Shown here piece by piece: positions 21,208 through 31,015 of a stretch of 64,000 bases of DNA. This DNA is from Flavobacteriaceae bacterium. GTDB lineage: Bacteria; Bacteroidota; Bacteroidia; Flavobacteriales; Flavobacteriaceae. Location: the NCBI GenBank assembly GCA_964229545.1, contig CAXRDP010000067.1, forward strand, positions 20,162 to 84,161, given 5' to 3'. Numbering within the stretch: the stretch's first letter is position 1; the number at the start of each line of letters is the position of its first letter. The notes under the pieces are model-generated. The model did not search any database. It was not told the DNA's origin and worked only from the letters and a program-made list of their open reading frames with translations. A program made the translations under genes and the position numbers.

Positions 21208-21208
21208 G

Positions 21209-21216
21209 TATATTTG
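21209..21216 (+). promoter_or_regulatory. Bacteroidota -7-like box TATATTTG immediately upstream of panD
   Basis: Matches TAnnTTTG and ends 4 nt before the panD ATG. It begins 1 nt after the panC stop codon. Confidence 0.3.
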
Positions 21217-21220
21217 TTGC

Positions 21221-21571
21221 ATGCTTATCGAAGTCCTAAAGTCTAAAATCCATCGCGTAACTGTTACGGGCGCTGAACTTCATTATGTGGGGAGTATCAC
21301 CATCGATGCCGCTTTGATGGAAGCTGCCCAATTGGTTGCCGGAGAGAAGGTTCAAGTAGTCAACGTTAACAATGGAGAACGTTTGGAAACCTACGTTATA
21401 AAAGGTGAAAAAAACAGCGGTGAGATAACCCTCAACGGGCCCGCTGCACGAAAAGTTCAAAAAGGTGATGTGATCATTATCATCAGCTATGCGCACATGA
21501 GTCCGCAAGAAGCACAATCCTTTAAACCCACCGTTCTTTTCCCAGAAACCGAGACCAATACACTTCGTTAA
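21221..21571 (+). CDS. panD: Aspartate 1-decarboxylase
   Basis: [29 protein letters not shown] includes the G-S self-cleavage site. Confidence 0.93.
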   Translation: MLIEVLKSKIHRVTVTGAELHYVGSITIDAALMEAAQLVAGEKVQVVNVNNGERLETYVIKGEKNSGEITLNGPAARKVQKGDVIIIISYAHMSPQEAQSFKPTVLFPETETNTLR

Positions 21572-21573
21572 TT

Positions 21574-22536
21574 TTGCCTAAGTTTCTATCTAAACTGCTG
21601 AAAACTGCCATTCCTCTTGGTATAGGTCTGTTTTTTGTCTACTACTCCTATGCCAATACCACTTCAGAACAGCGTACTCTAATTTGGAAATACATTCGGC
21701 AAGCAGATCTCTACTTCGTGGGGCTATCCGTTTTGTTCGGCATTTTGAGTCACTTGTCTCGTGCCTATCGTTGGGGTTTTTTACTAGAGCCTCTCGGATA
21801 TCGACCTCGATTTTTGAATTTGGTACTAACAGTCCTCATTACCTACGTCTCCAATTTGGGCATTCCTCGATCGGGTGAGGTATTGCGATCTACTGCCTTA
21901 AGAGCCTATGAAAAAATTCCTTTTGAAAAAAGCTTTGGAACAGTCGTCATGGAACGCCTAGTCGATTTGTTGCTTCTGTTGATATGTATTGGGGTTGGCG
22001 TTTTGCTTGAAAGAGACATGGTACTTTCTTTTTTTGAGGGAACTGCCAACAATAATAGTAAAATATGGTTTACAGCTATGCTACTGTCATTTGGGGTGTT
22101 GTTTTTTTATTGGGCCCGCCAAACCCAACACCCATTAGGTCAAAAAATCCGAAATTTTAGCCAAGGACTTCTCAGTGGTATAACCTCCATTCGAAACATG
22201 CCCAATGCGGTGTGGTTTTGGATACATACCTTTTTTATATGGGCTATGTATTTGCTCATGTTTTGGGTGATCCAATTTGCGCTGCCCGGGGCAGCATATC
22301 TAAACCTTTCTGCTCTTTTCCCTGCTTTTATTGCAGGTGGTTTGGCCATGTCGGCTACCAATGGCGGTGTCGGATTGTACCCAATTGCAGTTGCGGCAGT
22401 ATTGTCCCAATATGGGCTACCCTATGAATTGGCCCTAGCCTATGGCTGGATTATGTGGACAGCACAAACCGTGATGGTGGTGTTTTTTGGCGGGATTTCC
22501 TTTTTCCTGTTGCCTGTTGTGAACAGAAATAAATAA
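21574..22536 (+). CDS. Flippase-like / lysylphosphatidylglycerol-synthase TM-domain protein (UPF0104)
   Basis: The 320-aa polytopic membrane protein carries an SRAYRWGFLL motif. It has a TTG start 2 nt after the panD stop. Confidence 0.65.
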   Translation: MPKFLSKLLKTAIPLGIGLFFVYYSYANTTSEQRTLIWKYIRQADLYFVGLSVLFGILSHLSRAYRWGFLLEPLGYRPRFLNLVLTVLITYVSNLGIPRSGEVLRSTALRAYEKIPFEKSFGTVVMERLVDLLLLLICIGVGVLLERDMVLSFFEGTANNNSKIWFTAMLLSFGVLFFYWARQTQHPLGQKIRNFSQGLLSGITSIRNMPNAVWFWIHTFFIWAMYLLMFWVIQFALPGAAYLNLSALFPAFIAGGLAMSATNGGVGLYPIAVAAVLSQYGLPYELALAYGWIMWTAQTVMVVFFGGISFFLLPVVNRNK

Positions 22537-22552
22537 GTATCTTCGAGGCACT

Positions 22553-23899
22553 ATGGCGCAAGTGAAAACAGCCTTTTTCTGTAAAAATTGTGGTACCCAA
22601 TATGCCAAATGGCAAGGCCAGTGTCATGCCTGTAAAGAGTGGAATACCATAGTCGAAGAAGTCCTTCACAAACCCAAAGTCGAAGTGTGGCAAAATGTTT
22701 CCAATGGGCAATCCAATACGCCTGTTTTGGTTCAAGATGTCTCGTCGGATCAACAAAAACGTGCCAAGACCAATGACCCTGAGCTCGATCGAGTATTGGG
22801 GGGCGGTGTTGTACCGGGTGCTTTGGTGCTTTTGGCCGGCGAACCAGGTATTGGAAAATCTACACTATTACTACAACTGGGGCTTCAAGTGCCTTACAAA
22901 GTACTGTATGTGTCAGGGGAAGAAAGTTTGGCTCAGATCAAATTGCGCAGCAACCGGATGAATGGATCTACTGAAAATTGCTTTCTGCTTAACGAAACCC
23001 ATGTGGAGCGCATCCTAACCCAAGCCCAACAACTCCAGCCTGATTTGATGATCGTCGATTCGGTGCAGACCCTACATACCGACCTGATAGACAGTGGTGC
23101 GGGGAGTGTATCTCAAATTCGAGAATGTACATCCGCTTTACAACGCTTTGCCAAACAAACCCATATTCCTGTGGTCTTGGTAGGACACATTACCAAAGAC
23201 GGCATGATTGCCGGGCCCAAGATTTTGGAACATATGGTCGATGTGGTCTTACAGTTTGAAGGAGATCGCAATCATATGTACCGTATCTTACGAACTCCCA
23301 AAAATCGATTTGGCGCTACCGCAGAAATTGGTATTTATGAAATGCTATCTAGTGGTCTCAGACCCGTGGTCAACCCCAGCGAATTGCTTATTTCCAACAA
23401 AAGTCAAGGACTGAGCGGGCATGCCATTGCTGCTACTTTGGAAGGCATGCGTCCGATGCTCATCGAATGTCAAGCTTTGGTCAGTTCGGCAGTGTATGGA
23501 ACTCCCCAACGAAGTTGTACTGGATACAACGCCAAGCGACTTAATATGCTGCTAGCGGTATTGGAAAAACGCGCCGGCTTTACATTGGGTGCCAAAGATG
23601 TCTTTCTCAATCTTGCCGGAGGTATCCGAATTGAAGACCCTGCGCTAGATCTTGCAGTCGTTTCCGCTGTGCTTTCTAGCAGTTTAGACGTCGCCATCCC
23701 CGAAGGCTATGCGTTTGCTGCTGAAATCGGGCTCTCGGGAGAGCTTCGCAATGTGGCGCGCATGGAGCAGCGGATTCAAGAGGCCGAAAAACTTGGCTTT
23801 CACACCTTGGTCGTAGCCCAAAAGACCAAAACCACAAGTAGCAAAATCAAAGTCGTTCCGCTCGACAATATCCGCAGTCTGGTCGATTTGTTGTTTTAG
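22553..23899 (+). CDS. radA: DNA repair protein RadA
   Basis: N-terminal zinc ribbon CKNCG...CHAC, Walker A GEPGIGKST, the KNRFG motif and a Lon-like C-terminus. Confidence 0.95.
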   Translation: MAQVKTAFFCKNCGTQYAKWQGQCHACKEWNTIVEEVLHKPKVEVWQNVSNGQSNTPVLVQDVSSDQQKRAKTNDPELDRVLGGGVVPGALVLLAGEPGIGKSTLLLQLGLQVPYKVLYVSGEESLAQIKLRSNRMNGSTENCFLLNETHVERILTQAQQLQPDLMIVDSVQTLHTDLIDSGAGSVSQIRECTSALQRFAKQTHIPVVLVGHITKDGMIAGPKILEHMVDVVLQFEGDRNHMYRILRTPKNRFGATAEIGIYEMLSSGLRPVVNPSELLISNKSQGLSGHAIAATLEGMRPMLIECQALVSSAVYGTPQRSCTGYNAKRLNMLLAVLEKRAGFTLGAKDVFLNLAGGIRIEDPALDLAVVSAVLSSSLDVAIPEGYAFAAEIGLSGELRNVARMEQRIQEAEKLGFHTLVVAQKTKTTSSKIKVVPLDNIRSLVDLLF

Positions 23900-24930
23900 G
23901 GCGCAGGGTTGGGAATCTCTGCATGCACCCCATTGATGGCTGCTATGACGTCCTCGCTCAGTTCTAAATGGACGGAATCTATGTTTTCTTTAAGCTGACA
24001 CATTTGTGTAGCCCCAATGATGTTGGAAGTCACAAAGGGTTGTTGGGTCACATAGGCCAAAGACATCTGTGTTAATGAAATTGCGGCATCTTCAGCAATT
24101 TTTGCATAGCGGTCTGTGGCATCTTTGCACTGCTGACTGCTGTAGCGCGCCATGCGTGGAAACAAATCCAAGCGGCTATTCTTAGGAACAGCACCTCCTC
24201 TGTATTTGCCGCTCAATACGCCAAAAGCCAATGGCGAATAGGCCAACAGACCCACACCTTCACGTATGGAAACCTCCGCATTGCCAATCTCAAACAACCG
24301 GTTGAGTAGTGAGTACGGGTTTTGAATGGTCACCATACGGGGCAAACCCGTTTGTGCCAAGGCCATATAGCGCATCACCGCCCACGGGTTTTCATTCGAC
24401 AAACCGATTTGGCGAATTTTTCCGGACTTGATTAAGGAGTCCAATGTTTCCAAAATGGAAGTAAAATTTTCAACCCACAAGTCGTCAGGGTTGTGCGCAT
24501 AGTCTCTGACGCCAAACATATTGGTTGTGCGTTCGGGCCAATGCAATTGATACAAATCAATATAGTCTGTCTGCAGTCTTTTTAGACTGCCATCCACAGC
24601 TTCTCGAATCGAGTCGGGAGAAAATCCTGTGGTACGGATATGAGCCGTATAAGCCCCAGGGCCTGCAATTTTGGTCGCCAATACCACCTTGTCACGATTG
24701 TTGCGTTGGGCAAACCAGTTGCCGATAATGCGTTCGGTTTCGGCATGGGTCTCCGCGGTTGCGGGTACAGGATACAATTCGGCAGTATCAAAAAAATTGA
24801 CCCCCTGGCCTGTAGCATAATCCATCTGTTCAAAAGCTTCCTCTTGGGTGTTTTGCTTCCCAAAAGTCATCGTGCCTAGGCAAATCTTACTCACCTTTAT
24901 GTCAGTGTGTGGAAGTTTTGTGTATTTCAT
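23896..24930 (-). CDS. NADP(H)-dependent aldo-keto reductase (Tas-like)
   Basis: AKR motifs (LGTMTFG, FFDTAELY, YIDLYQLHWP). Confidence 0.9.
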   Translation of the reverse strand: MKYTKLPHTDIKVSKICLGTMTFGKQNTQEEAFEQMDYATGQGVNFFDTAELYPVPATAETHAETERIIGNWFAQRNNRDKVVLATKIAGPGAYTAHIRTTGFSPDSIREAVDGSLKRLQTDYIDLYQLHWPERTTNMFGVRDYAHNPDDLWVENFTSILETLDSLIKSGKIRQIGLSNENPWAVMRYMALAQTGLPRMVTIQNPYSLLNRLFEIGNAEVSIREGVGLLAYSPLAFGVLSGKYRGGAVPKNSRLDLFPRMARYSSQQCKDATDRYAKIAEDAAISLTQMSLAYVTQQPFVTSNIIGATQMCQLKENIDSVHLELSEDVIAAINGVHAEIPNPAP

Positions 24931-24934
24931 CTGT

Positions 24935-25699
24935 TCATATCGCTAAAGAAACGCCCACAGGGCAATGATCGGAATGGTAGGCATTGGGCAATATAAAAGC
25001 CCTTTGGATGTTGGGGGTAAGGGGTTCGCTGGCCAAGGCATAGTCTATGCGCCAGCCTTTGTTATTGGCACGGGCGTTGGCCCGATAGCTCCACCAACTG
25101 TAGTTATGAGGCTCCGCATTGAGATGGCGGAAAGTATCCGTAAATCCGCTTTTGATAAAAGCATCAAGCCAAGCCCGCTCTTCAGGCAAAAAACCCGAAA
25201 CTTTGGCATTGCGGATGGGGTCGTGAATGTCGATGGCTTCATGACAAATATTGTAATCACCACAGATAACCAAATTGGGATGGCTAGAACGCAAATCATC
25301 CACATAAGTTCGAAAATCATCCATGTAGCGGAACTTGGTAGCCAGTCTTTCAGGATTGGTGCCCGAAGGTAAGTACAGGCTCATCACAGACACCTCATCA
25401 AAATCAACACGCAAGTTGCGGCCTTCAAAATCCATATAGTCTATGCCTGTGCCATAAACCACTTGTTTGGGTTCTCGTTTGCTTAGAATGGCAACGCCGC
25501 TATAGCCTTTTTTTTGAGCCGGATACCAATAGTGATAATTATAGCCCAAAGCCTCAAACAAGCTTGGGTCAAACTGTTCAGGGTTGGCTTTGATTTCTTG
25601 TAGACACAGCACATCGGGATTGGCCGCGCGTAGCCAGTCCAACAAGCCTTTGTTTAGGGCTGCCCGGATGCCGTTAACGTTGTATGAGATGATATCCAT
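24935..25699 (-). CDS. xth: Exodeoxyribonuclease III
   Basis: EEP nuclease motifs (SYNVNGIRA, LCLQEIK, SDHCPV). Confidence 0.93.
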   Translation of the reverse strand: MDIISYNVNGIRAALNKGLLDWLRAANPDVLCLQEIKANPEQFDPSLFEALGYNYHYWYPAQKKGYSGVAILSKREPKQVVYGTGIDYMDFEGRNLRVDFDEVSVMSLYLPSGTNPERLATKFRYMDDFRTYVDDLRSSHPNLVICGDYNICHEAIDIHDPIRNAKVSGFLPEERAWLDAFIKSGFTDTFRHLNAEPHNYSWWSYRANARANNKGWRIDYALASEPLTPNIQRAFILPNAYHSDHCPVGVSLAI

Positions 25700-25757
25700 A
25701 AAAAGCGAAAATACATAACGAAAGTTTAATATCTTTGGCTAAACCAAATTTTATGTC

Positions 25758-26306
25758 ATGAAAAAAATACTCTCATTTATTTCTGTTTTTCTCTATTGTC
25801 TGATACTCTTTTCGCAGGAAGAGCCTGTAAAGGTGGAGATTGTCAAAGATTCTTCTTTTGAATTTGCAGATCCTTTGGGCAAGCATGAACTTCGGGTCAA
25901 TATGTTGGATTTGTTGGTGTCACCTGCCCTGCATTTCTACTATGAACGCGTGGTCGATGCATCCAATGGATATGGGGTTTCGGTCTTCGCAGACCTAGGT
26001 GATAACGAAGTGAGCTATCAAAATTTTTCAGTGAATCCTTATTACCGCTTTTATTTCTTTAATCGCAAGGATTATGGCGCGCGTGGCTTGTTTGTAGAGG
26101 CATTTAGTTCTTTGGCTTCGGTCAGCTTTTATGAGCTAGAAGACGAGTTTCAAATCTCTTTAGGGATGAGTGTGGGGCGTAAATGGGTAAACCGCAATGG
26201 GTTTACGTTTGAAGCGTTTCTGGGTATTGGGCGCTATCTGCTCAACCCTAATGAAACCCATGAAGCACATGGTCGGATTGGACTATCCTTAGGCAAGCGT
26301 TTTTAG
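25758..26306 (+). CDS. Hypothetical secreted protein, possibly a small outer-membrane beta-barrel
   Basis: N-terminal signal peptide, alternating aromatic/hydrophobic strands and a C-terminal aromatic residue (KRF). I recognise no family. Confidence 0.4.
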   Translation: MKKILSFISVFLYCLILFSQEEPVKVEIVKDSSFEFADPLGKHELRVNMLDLLVSPALHFYYERVVDASNGYGVSVFADLGDNEVSYQNFSVNPYYRFYFFNRKDYGARGLFVEAFSSLASVSFYELEDEFQISLGMSVGRKWVNRNGFTFEAFLGIGRYLLNPNETHEAHGRIGLSLGKRF

Positions 26307-27841
26307 CAGTTCGCTAAGGCTTTTTTTACTGAAACCGCATCTCCGACAACGGTACCCAATTCCGAAATGGCAATACGTTCTTGAACCATACTGTCTCGAT
26401 GGCGCAGCGTGACGGTCTGGTCTTCCAAGGTTTGGTGATCGACGGTCACACAAAAGGGCGTTCCGAGGGCATCTTGGCGTCGGTAACGACGTCCCACAGC
26501 GTCCTTTTCATCATAGGCGACTTCCATATCCCACTTTAGAGCGTCAACAATTTGTCGGGCAATGTCAGGCAAACCATCTTTTTTGACCAATGGCAATACC
26601 GCCACCTTGGTAGGTGCCAATACCGGTGGCAGTCGCAATACAGTACGCGAGGAGCCGTCTTCCAAGGTTTCTTCTTGAAGGGAGTGAGAAAAGACAGCCA
26701 AAAACATGCGATCCAAACCGATGGAAGTTTCCAACACATAAGGCACATAGCTCTCGCCTCGCTCCGGGTCAAAGTACTGGAGTTTTTTTCCTGAATATTT
26801 TTCATGGCTTCCCAAATCAAAATCTGTACGGGAATGAATCCCCTCTAATTCTTTAAAACCAAAAGGAAATCTGAATTCTATATCACAAGCCGCATCGGCA
26901 TAGTGGGCTAGTTTGTCATGGTCGTGGAAACGGTAATTGTCTTCACCCATTCCCAGCGATAGGTGCCACTTAAGACGGGCTTCTTTCCAGTGGGCATACC
27001 ATTCTTTCTGACTGCCCGGCGGGATAAAAAACTGCATTTCCATTTGTTCAAATTCGCGCATGCGGAAGATAAACTGCCGTGCCACGATTTCGTTGCGGAA
27101 CGCCTTCCCGGTTTGGGCAATACCAAAAGGCAATTTCATACGCCCTGTCTTCTGGACATTTAAGAAATTGACGAAAATTCCTTGTGCGGTTTCCGGACGC
27201 AAATACAAGTCGGTGGCGTGTTCTGCAGAAGCCCCTAGTTTGGTGCCAAACATCAGGTTAAATTGTTTGACATCAGTCCAATTTTTGGAGCCCGACACTG
27301 GGCAGACAATTTCCAGTTCTTCAATCAGGGCTTTGATGTCTGCTAAGTCTTCCTTTTCCAAAGACTGGCCCATTCGTGTGAGAATGGCACTTCCTTGTTC
27401 TTTATAGCCCAATACCCTTGGGTTGGTGCTAACAAATTGTTCTTTGTCGAAAGCATCGCCAAAACGTTTGGCGGCTTTGTTGACTTCTTTTTCGATTTTA
27501 GCATCCAACTTGGCTACATAGTCCTCGATCAACACATCGGCACGGTAGCGTTTTTTGGAGTCTTTGTTGTCTATCAAAGGATCGTTAAAAGCATCGACAT
27601 GGCCCGAAGCCTTCCACGTGGTGGGATGCATAAAAATGGCCGCATCCAAGCCGACAATATTTTCGTTGAGCTGAACCATGGCCTTCCACCAGTAGTTGCG
27701 GATGTTGTTTTTAAGCAATACGCCTTGTTGGCCATAATCATACACAGCGCTTAGGCCGTCATACACATCGCTCGAGGGAAACACAAAGCCGTATTCTTTG
27801 GCATGGGCGATGACTTTTTTGAATTGATCCGTTGTTGACAT
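26303..27841 (-). CDS. glyQS: Glycine--tRNA ligase (homodimeric class II)
   Basis: YGFVFPSSDVYDG, FRNEI..R..FIFRMREFEQME and GLDR motifs. The ATG at 27841 gives the canonical N-terminus. Confidence 0.93.
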   Translation of the reverse strand: MSTTDQFKKVIAHAKEYGFVFPSSDVYDGLSAVYDYGQQGVLLKNNIRNYWWKAMVQLNENIVGLDAAIFMHPTTWKASGHVDAFNDPLIDNKDSKKRYRADVLIEDYVAKLDAKIEKEVNKAAKRFGDAFDKEQFVSTNPRVLGYKEQGSAILTRMGQSLEKEDLADIKALIEELEIVCPVSGSKNWTDVKQFNLMFGTKLGASAEHATDLYLRPETAQGIFVNFLNVQKTGRMKLPFGIAQTGKAFRNEIVARQFIFRMREFEQMEMQFFIPPGSQKEWYAHWKEARLKWHLSLGMGEDNYRFHDHDKLAHYADAACDIEFRFPFGFKELEGIHSRTDFDLGSHEKYSGKKLQYFDPERGESYVPYVLETSIGLDRMFLAVFSHSLQEETLEDGSSRTVLRLPPVLAPTKVAVLPLVKKDGLPDIARQIVDALKWDMEVAYDEKDAVGRRYRRQDALGTPFCVTVDHQTLEDQTVTLRHRDSMVQERIAISELGTVVGDAVSVKKALANC

Positions 27842-27892
27842 GGCGCAAAAATAACGTTTCTTTTCGTAAATTGTCAGAGACAAACAGCCCCA

Positions 27893-28591
27893 ATGCGTTC
27901 TCTTTTTGTTGATCTTGTGCAAGTGTTCGTTCCTAAACTATGTTTGGGTTGCCATTGTAATCTCCCTCATTCCCTGCCACAATTGTGTTTGGAGTGCCTA
28001 GAAAAGTTGCCACAAACCCACTATGAGCAATTCCCAAACAACCCTCTATACAGGATACTCAATAAAAGAGTCGCCATTGTAGAAGCCACCGCATTGTATT
28101 TTTTTGAAAAGAGAGGGCTTTTACAAAAACTGATTCACCTACTCAAATACAAAGGGCAATACAAGATAGGTGTATTTTTTGGGCAAATATTAGGTGGAAA
28201 AATGGCAACTAGCAAACGAGTAACTTACAGCCTCATTGTGCCAGTGCCTTTGCATAAAAAAAGACAGCGCAAAAGGGGGTATAATCAGGTGGTGGGCTTT
28301 GCAAAAGCACTGGCGCAGCGTTTGAATATTCCTTACAAGGACAAATTATTGATACGCCACAAACCTACCAAAACACTGGTCCGGATGACCCAAACTGAAA
28401 GATGGACACAAGTCCATGATGCGTTTGAAGTTCGCAACACCAACACACTCAAAGGGCATCATGTGTTGTTGGTAGACGATGTGGTGACTACAGGAGCTAC
28501 CTTATCGGCTGTTGTGCAGTGTTTGACTGCTTGCGAAGGGGTTTTGGTGTCTGTGGCCGCCATTGGCTTTGCACAATCGCCGCTTCCTTAG
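27893..28591 (+). CDS. comF: ComF family phosphoribosyltransferase-fold protein
   Basis: N-terminal Cys pairs (CLGC...CLEC) and the PRTase motif VLLVDDVVTTGATL. Confidence 0.8.
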   Translation: MRSLFVDLVQVFVPKLCLGCHCNLPHSLPQLCLECLEKLPQTHYEQFPNNPLYRILNKRVAIVEATALYFFEKRGLLQKLIHLLKYKGQYKIGVFFGQILGGKMATSKRVTYSLIVPVPLHKKRQRKRGYNQVVGFAKALAQRLNIPYKDKLLIRHKPTKTLVRMTQTERWTQVHDAFEVRNTNTLKGHHVLLVDDVVTTGATLSAVVQCLTACEGVLVSVAAIGFAQSPLP

Positions 28592-28619
28592 TCGTGAAAA
28601 TAGTCGTTTCTTTGTGGTA

Positions 28620-30224
28620 ATGAAGCGGCCTGTAGAATTCGTTTTGTTTGTGTTGGTGGCACTGATGTTTGTGCAGTGCGCACGCCGTGGTAACCCCACT
28701 GGAGGGCCGGAAGATGAAACCCCTCCGGTGCTTATTCGCGCCCTACCCGAATTAAATTCTACCCAATTTGACGATTCACGCATCAGACTGTATTTTGATG
28801 AGTATATCAAGTTGAACAAACTCAAAGAACAACTCATCATTTCGCCGCCACTGCCCTCATCGGCCTACACAATATCGCCTCAAGGAAGTGCCGCCAAATA
28901 CATTCAAATCGATTTGCGTGACAGCCTGCGAGCCAACACCACCTATAGTTTTAATTTTGGCCAAAGCATTGTGGACAACAATGAAGGGAATCCGTATCCC
29001 TACTTTAAATATGTGCTTTCTACAGGAGACTATGTGGATTCGCTAATCGTTCGTGGTACAATCGGAGATGCCCTCAAGCGGGAAGCTGAGAATTTTGTTT
29101 CGGTCATGCTCTATGAAGTTGATAGCACTTACACCGACTCAATCATATACAAACAACAACCCACCTACCTGACTAACACCTTGGACAGCTTGGCCTTGTT
29201 TGAGATTTCCAATGTTAGAGCGGGACAGTTCCTTTTGGTAGCTCAAAAAGATATCGCCAACAACTACACTTTTGACCAACAAGTCGATAAAGTGGCTTTT
29301 GCCTCCGCTTTTATCGAACTGCCAACAGACAGCCTCTATCACTTGGACTTGTTTTTGGAACAACCCGATTTTGCATTTGGAAGAAGTTATCAGGCTGGGC
29401 AAAATCGCATCGGGTTTGGATACACCGGTGACCCAGAGGGCATCGCCCTAGAACTCGCCACCCCCTTACCCGACAGTGTAGAGACCACCCAAAGCTTTGA
29501 CAAAAAAACCGATACTTTGTATTTCTGGTATAAAAACCTTCAGAAAGATTCCTTGCAATTTGTACTTACAAAAGATACGCTCCGAAAAGAAATCGTGCAC
29601 CGTTTGCGACCAGAAGCCTTGGATTCGCTGACCTTGAGTGCCTCACACAACGGAATGATAGATCTGGCAGACTCTTTGCGTATCACTACAACCACTCCCA
29701 TTCAATCGATAGACAACGCATTGATGAAATTAGTGGACAAAGACACGGTTGCTGTACCGTTTGATGTCTTTTTGGAAGACCCACACAGTCTGCGTTTTGA
29801 TTTTGAGGTTTTGCCCAATGACAACTACCAACTGGCGTTGTTTCCGGGTGCCGTTACCGATTTTTTTGAATCCACAAACGACACCTTGCAATACAGACTT
29901 AAAACCCCCAGCAGGATCGATTATGGCAGCATTTACCTTCAGGTGTTTGATGTGCCCAGCTATCCGATTATCATACAACTAACCGACGAAAGGGAAAGAG
30001 TGGTGCGCAGTCTGTATGCCACAGAACCACAAGGGCGGTATCCCTTTTTGCTTCTTAAACCCAACAAATACTATGTGCGCGTAATTCTAGACGAAAATCA
30101 AAATGGCATTTGGGATCCGGGACGCTATTTGGAAGGACGTATGCCAGAGCCGGTCTTCCACTATGAACCTTTGCTAGACGTACGTGCCAATTGGGAATTG
30201 CAAGAACGTTTTAGCGTAAAGTAA
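28620..30224 (+). CDS. Lipoprotein with Ig-like (SbsA-type) N-terminal domain
   Basis: Signal peptide with lipobox (MFVQC). Assignment rests on remembered similarity to flavobacterial Ig-like domain proteins. The ATG at 28620 avoids overlap with comF. Confidence 0.5.
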   Translation: MKRPVEFVLFVLVALMFVQCARRGNPTGGPEDETPPVLIRALPELNSTQFDDSRIRLYFDEYIKLNKLKEQLIISPPLPSSAYTISPQGSAAKYIQIDLRDSLRANTTYSFNFGQSIVDNNEGNPYPYFKYVLSTGDYVDSLIVRGTIGDALKREAENFVSVMLYEVDSTYTDSIIYKQQPTYLTNTLDSLALFEISNVRAGQFLLVAQKDIANNYTFDQQVDKVAFASAFIELPTDSLYHLDLFLEQPDFAFGRSYQAGQNRIGFGYTGDPEGIALELATPLPDSVETTQSFDKKTDTLYFWYKNLQKDSLQFVLTKDTLRKEIVHRLRPEALDSLTLSASHNGMIDLADSLRITTTTPIQSIDNALMKLVDKDTVAVPFDVFLEDPHSLRFDFEVLPNDNYQLALFPGAVTDFFESTNDTLQYRLKTPSRIDYGSIYLQVFDVPSYPIIIQLTDERERVVRSLYATEPQGRYPFLLLKPNKYYVRVILDENQNGIWDPGRYLEGRMPEPVFHYEPLLDVRANWELQERFSVK

Positions 30225-30987
30225 AAGCATCTCTATCCTCGAGAAAAGGAAGTTTCTCACGTGTTTTGTAGAGCAAGTCCTTGTCCAGCACCAGTTGCCC
30301 AAGGTCAGCATCTGAATTCAGATACAACATTTCGTTTCCCAGCATATCATAGGCAGCCGACCCACCCGTGTATTGAATGCGGTAGTTGTCTCTCCCTGTG
30401 CGGTTTACACCCACCGAGAAGGCCATATTTTCGATAGCTCGGGCGCGCAAGAGGGCATTCCATGCTTGAATGCGTGGTTGGGGCCAGTTGGCCACACATA
30501 GCAACAAGTCGTAGTGGTCTGTGTTGCGGGCAAATACAGGAAACCGCAAGTCATAGCAAATAATGGGGCGTATGCGCCATCCTCCATATTCGATGGTTTT
30601 TATTTCTGTCCCTTTTTTATAAACCCTTGCCTCGCCTGAGGGGGTATAGGGATGGTATTTGTCATAGGTGTCGACATCTCCGTTGGGATGGGCAAAATAG
30701 AACCGATTGTAATAATGTGCACCCTCACAAATGGCCAAGCTCCCGCATACCGCTGCTTGACGCTGTTTTGCTTGGGCAAGCATCCATTGTACGCTAGGCC
30801 CATCGGGGGGTTCTGCCACTTCTTTTGGGGTCATGGTAAAGCCTGTAGCAAAGGTTTCAGGCAATACAAAAAGATCGACTACTCCTTGGGCTTTGTCCAT
30901 CAAGGTCTCGAATCGACTGCGGTTGGCTTGTGGGTCGTGCCAGACCAAATCGGATTGGAGGAGGGAGAGATGTAGGTGTTGATTCAC
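30211..30987 (-). CDS. Nitrilase-superfamily amidohydrolase (omega-amidase YafV-like)
   Basis: Catalytic triad context: LPETF (Glu), K, and ICYDLRFP (Cys). Confidence 0.85.
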   Translation of the reverse strand: MNQHLHLSLLQSDLVWHDPQANRSRFETLMDKAQGVVDLFVLPETFATGFTMTPKEVAEPPDGPSVQWMLAQAKQRQAAVCGSLAICEGAHYYNRFYFAHPNGDVDTYDKYHPYTPSGEARVYKKGTEIKTIEYGGWRIRPIICYDLRFPVFARNTDHYDLLLCVANWPQPRIQAWNALLRARAIENMAFSVGVNRTGRDNYRIQYTGGSAAYDMLGNEMLYLNSDADLGQLVLDKDLLYKTREKLPFLEDRDAFTLR

Positions 30988-31015
30988 ATCAGCAAGTTAG
31001 GGATTATTTGTATTT

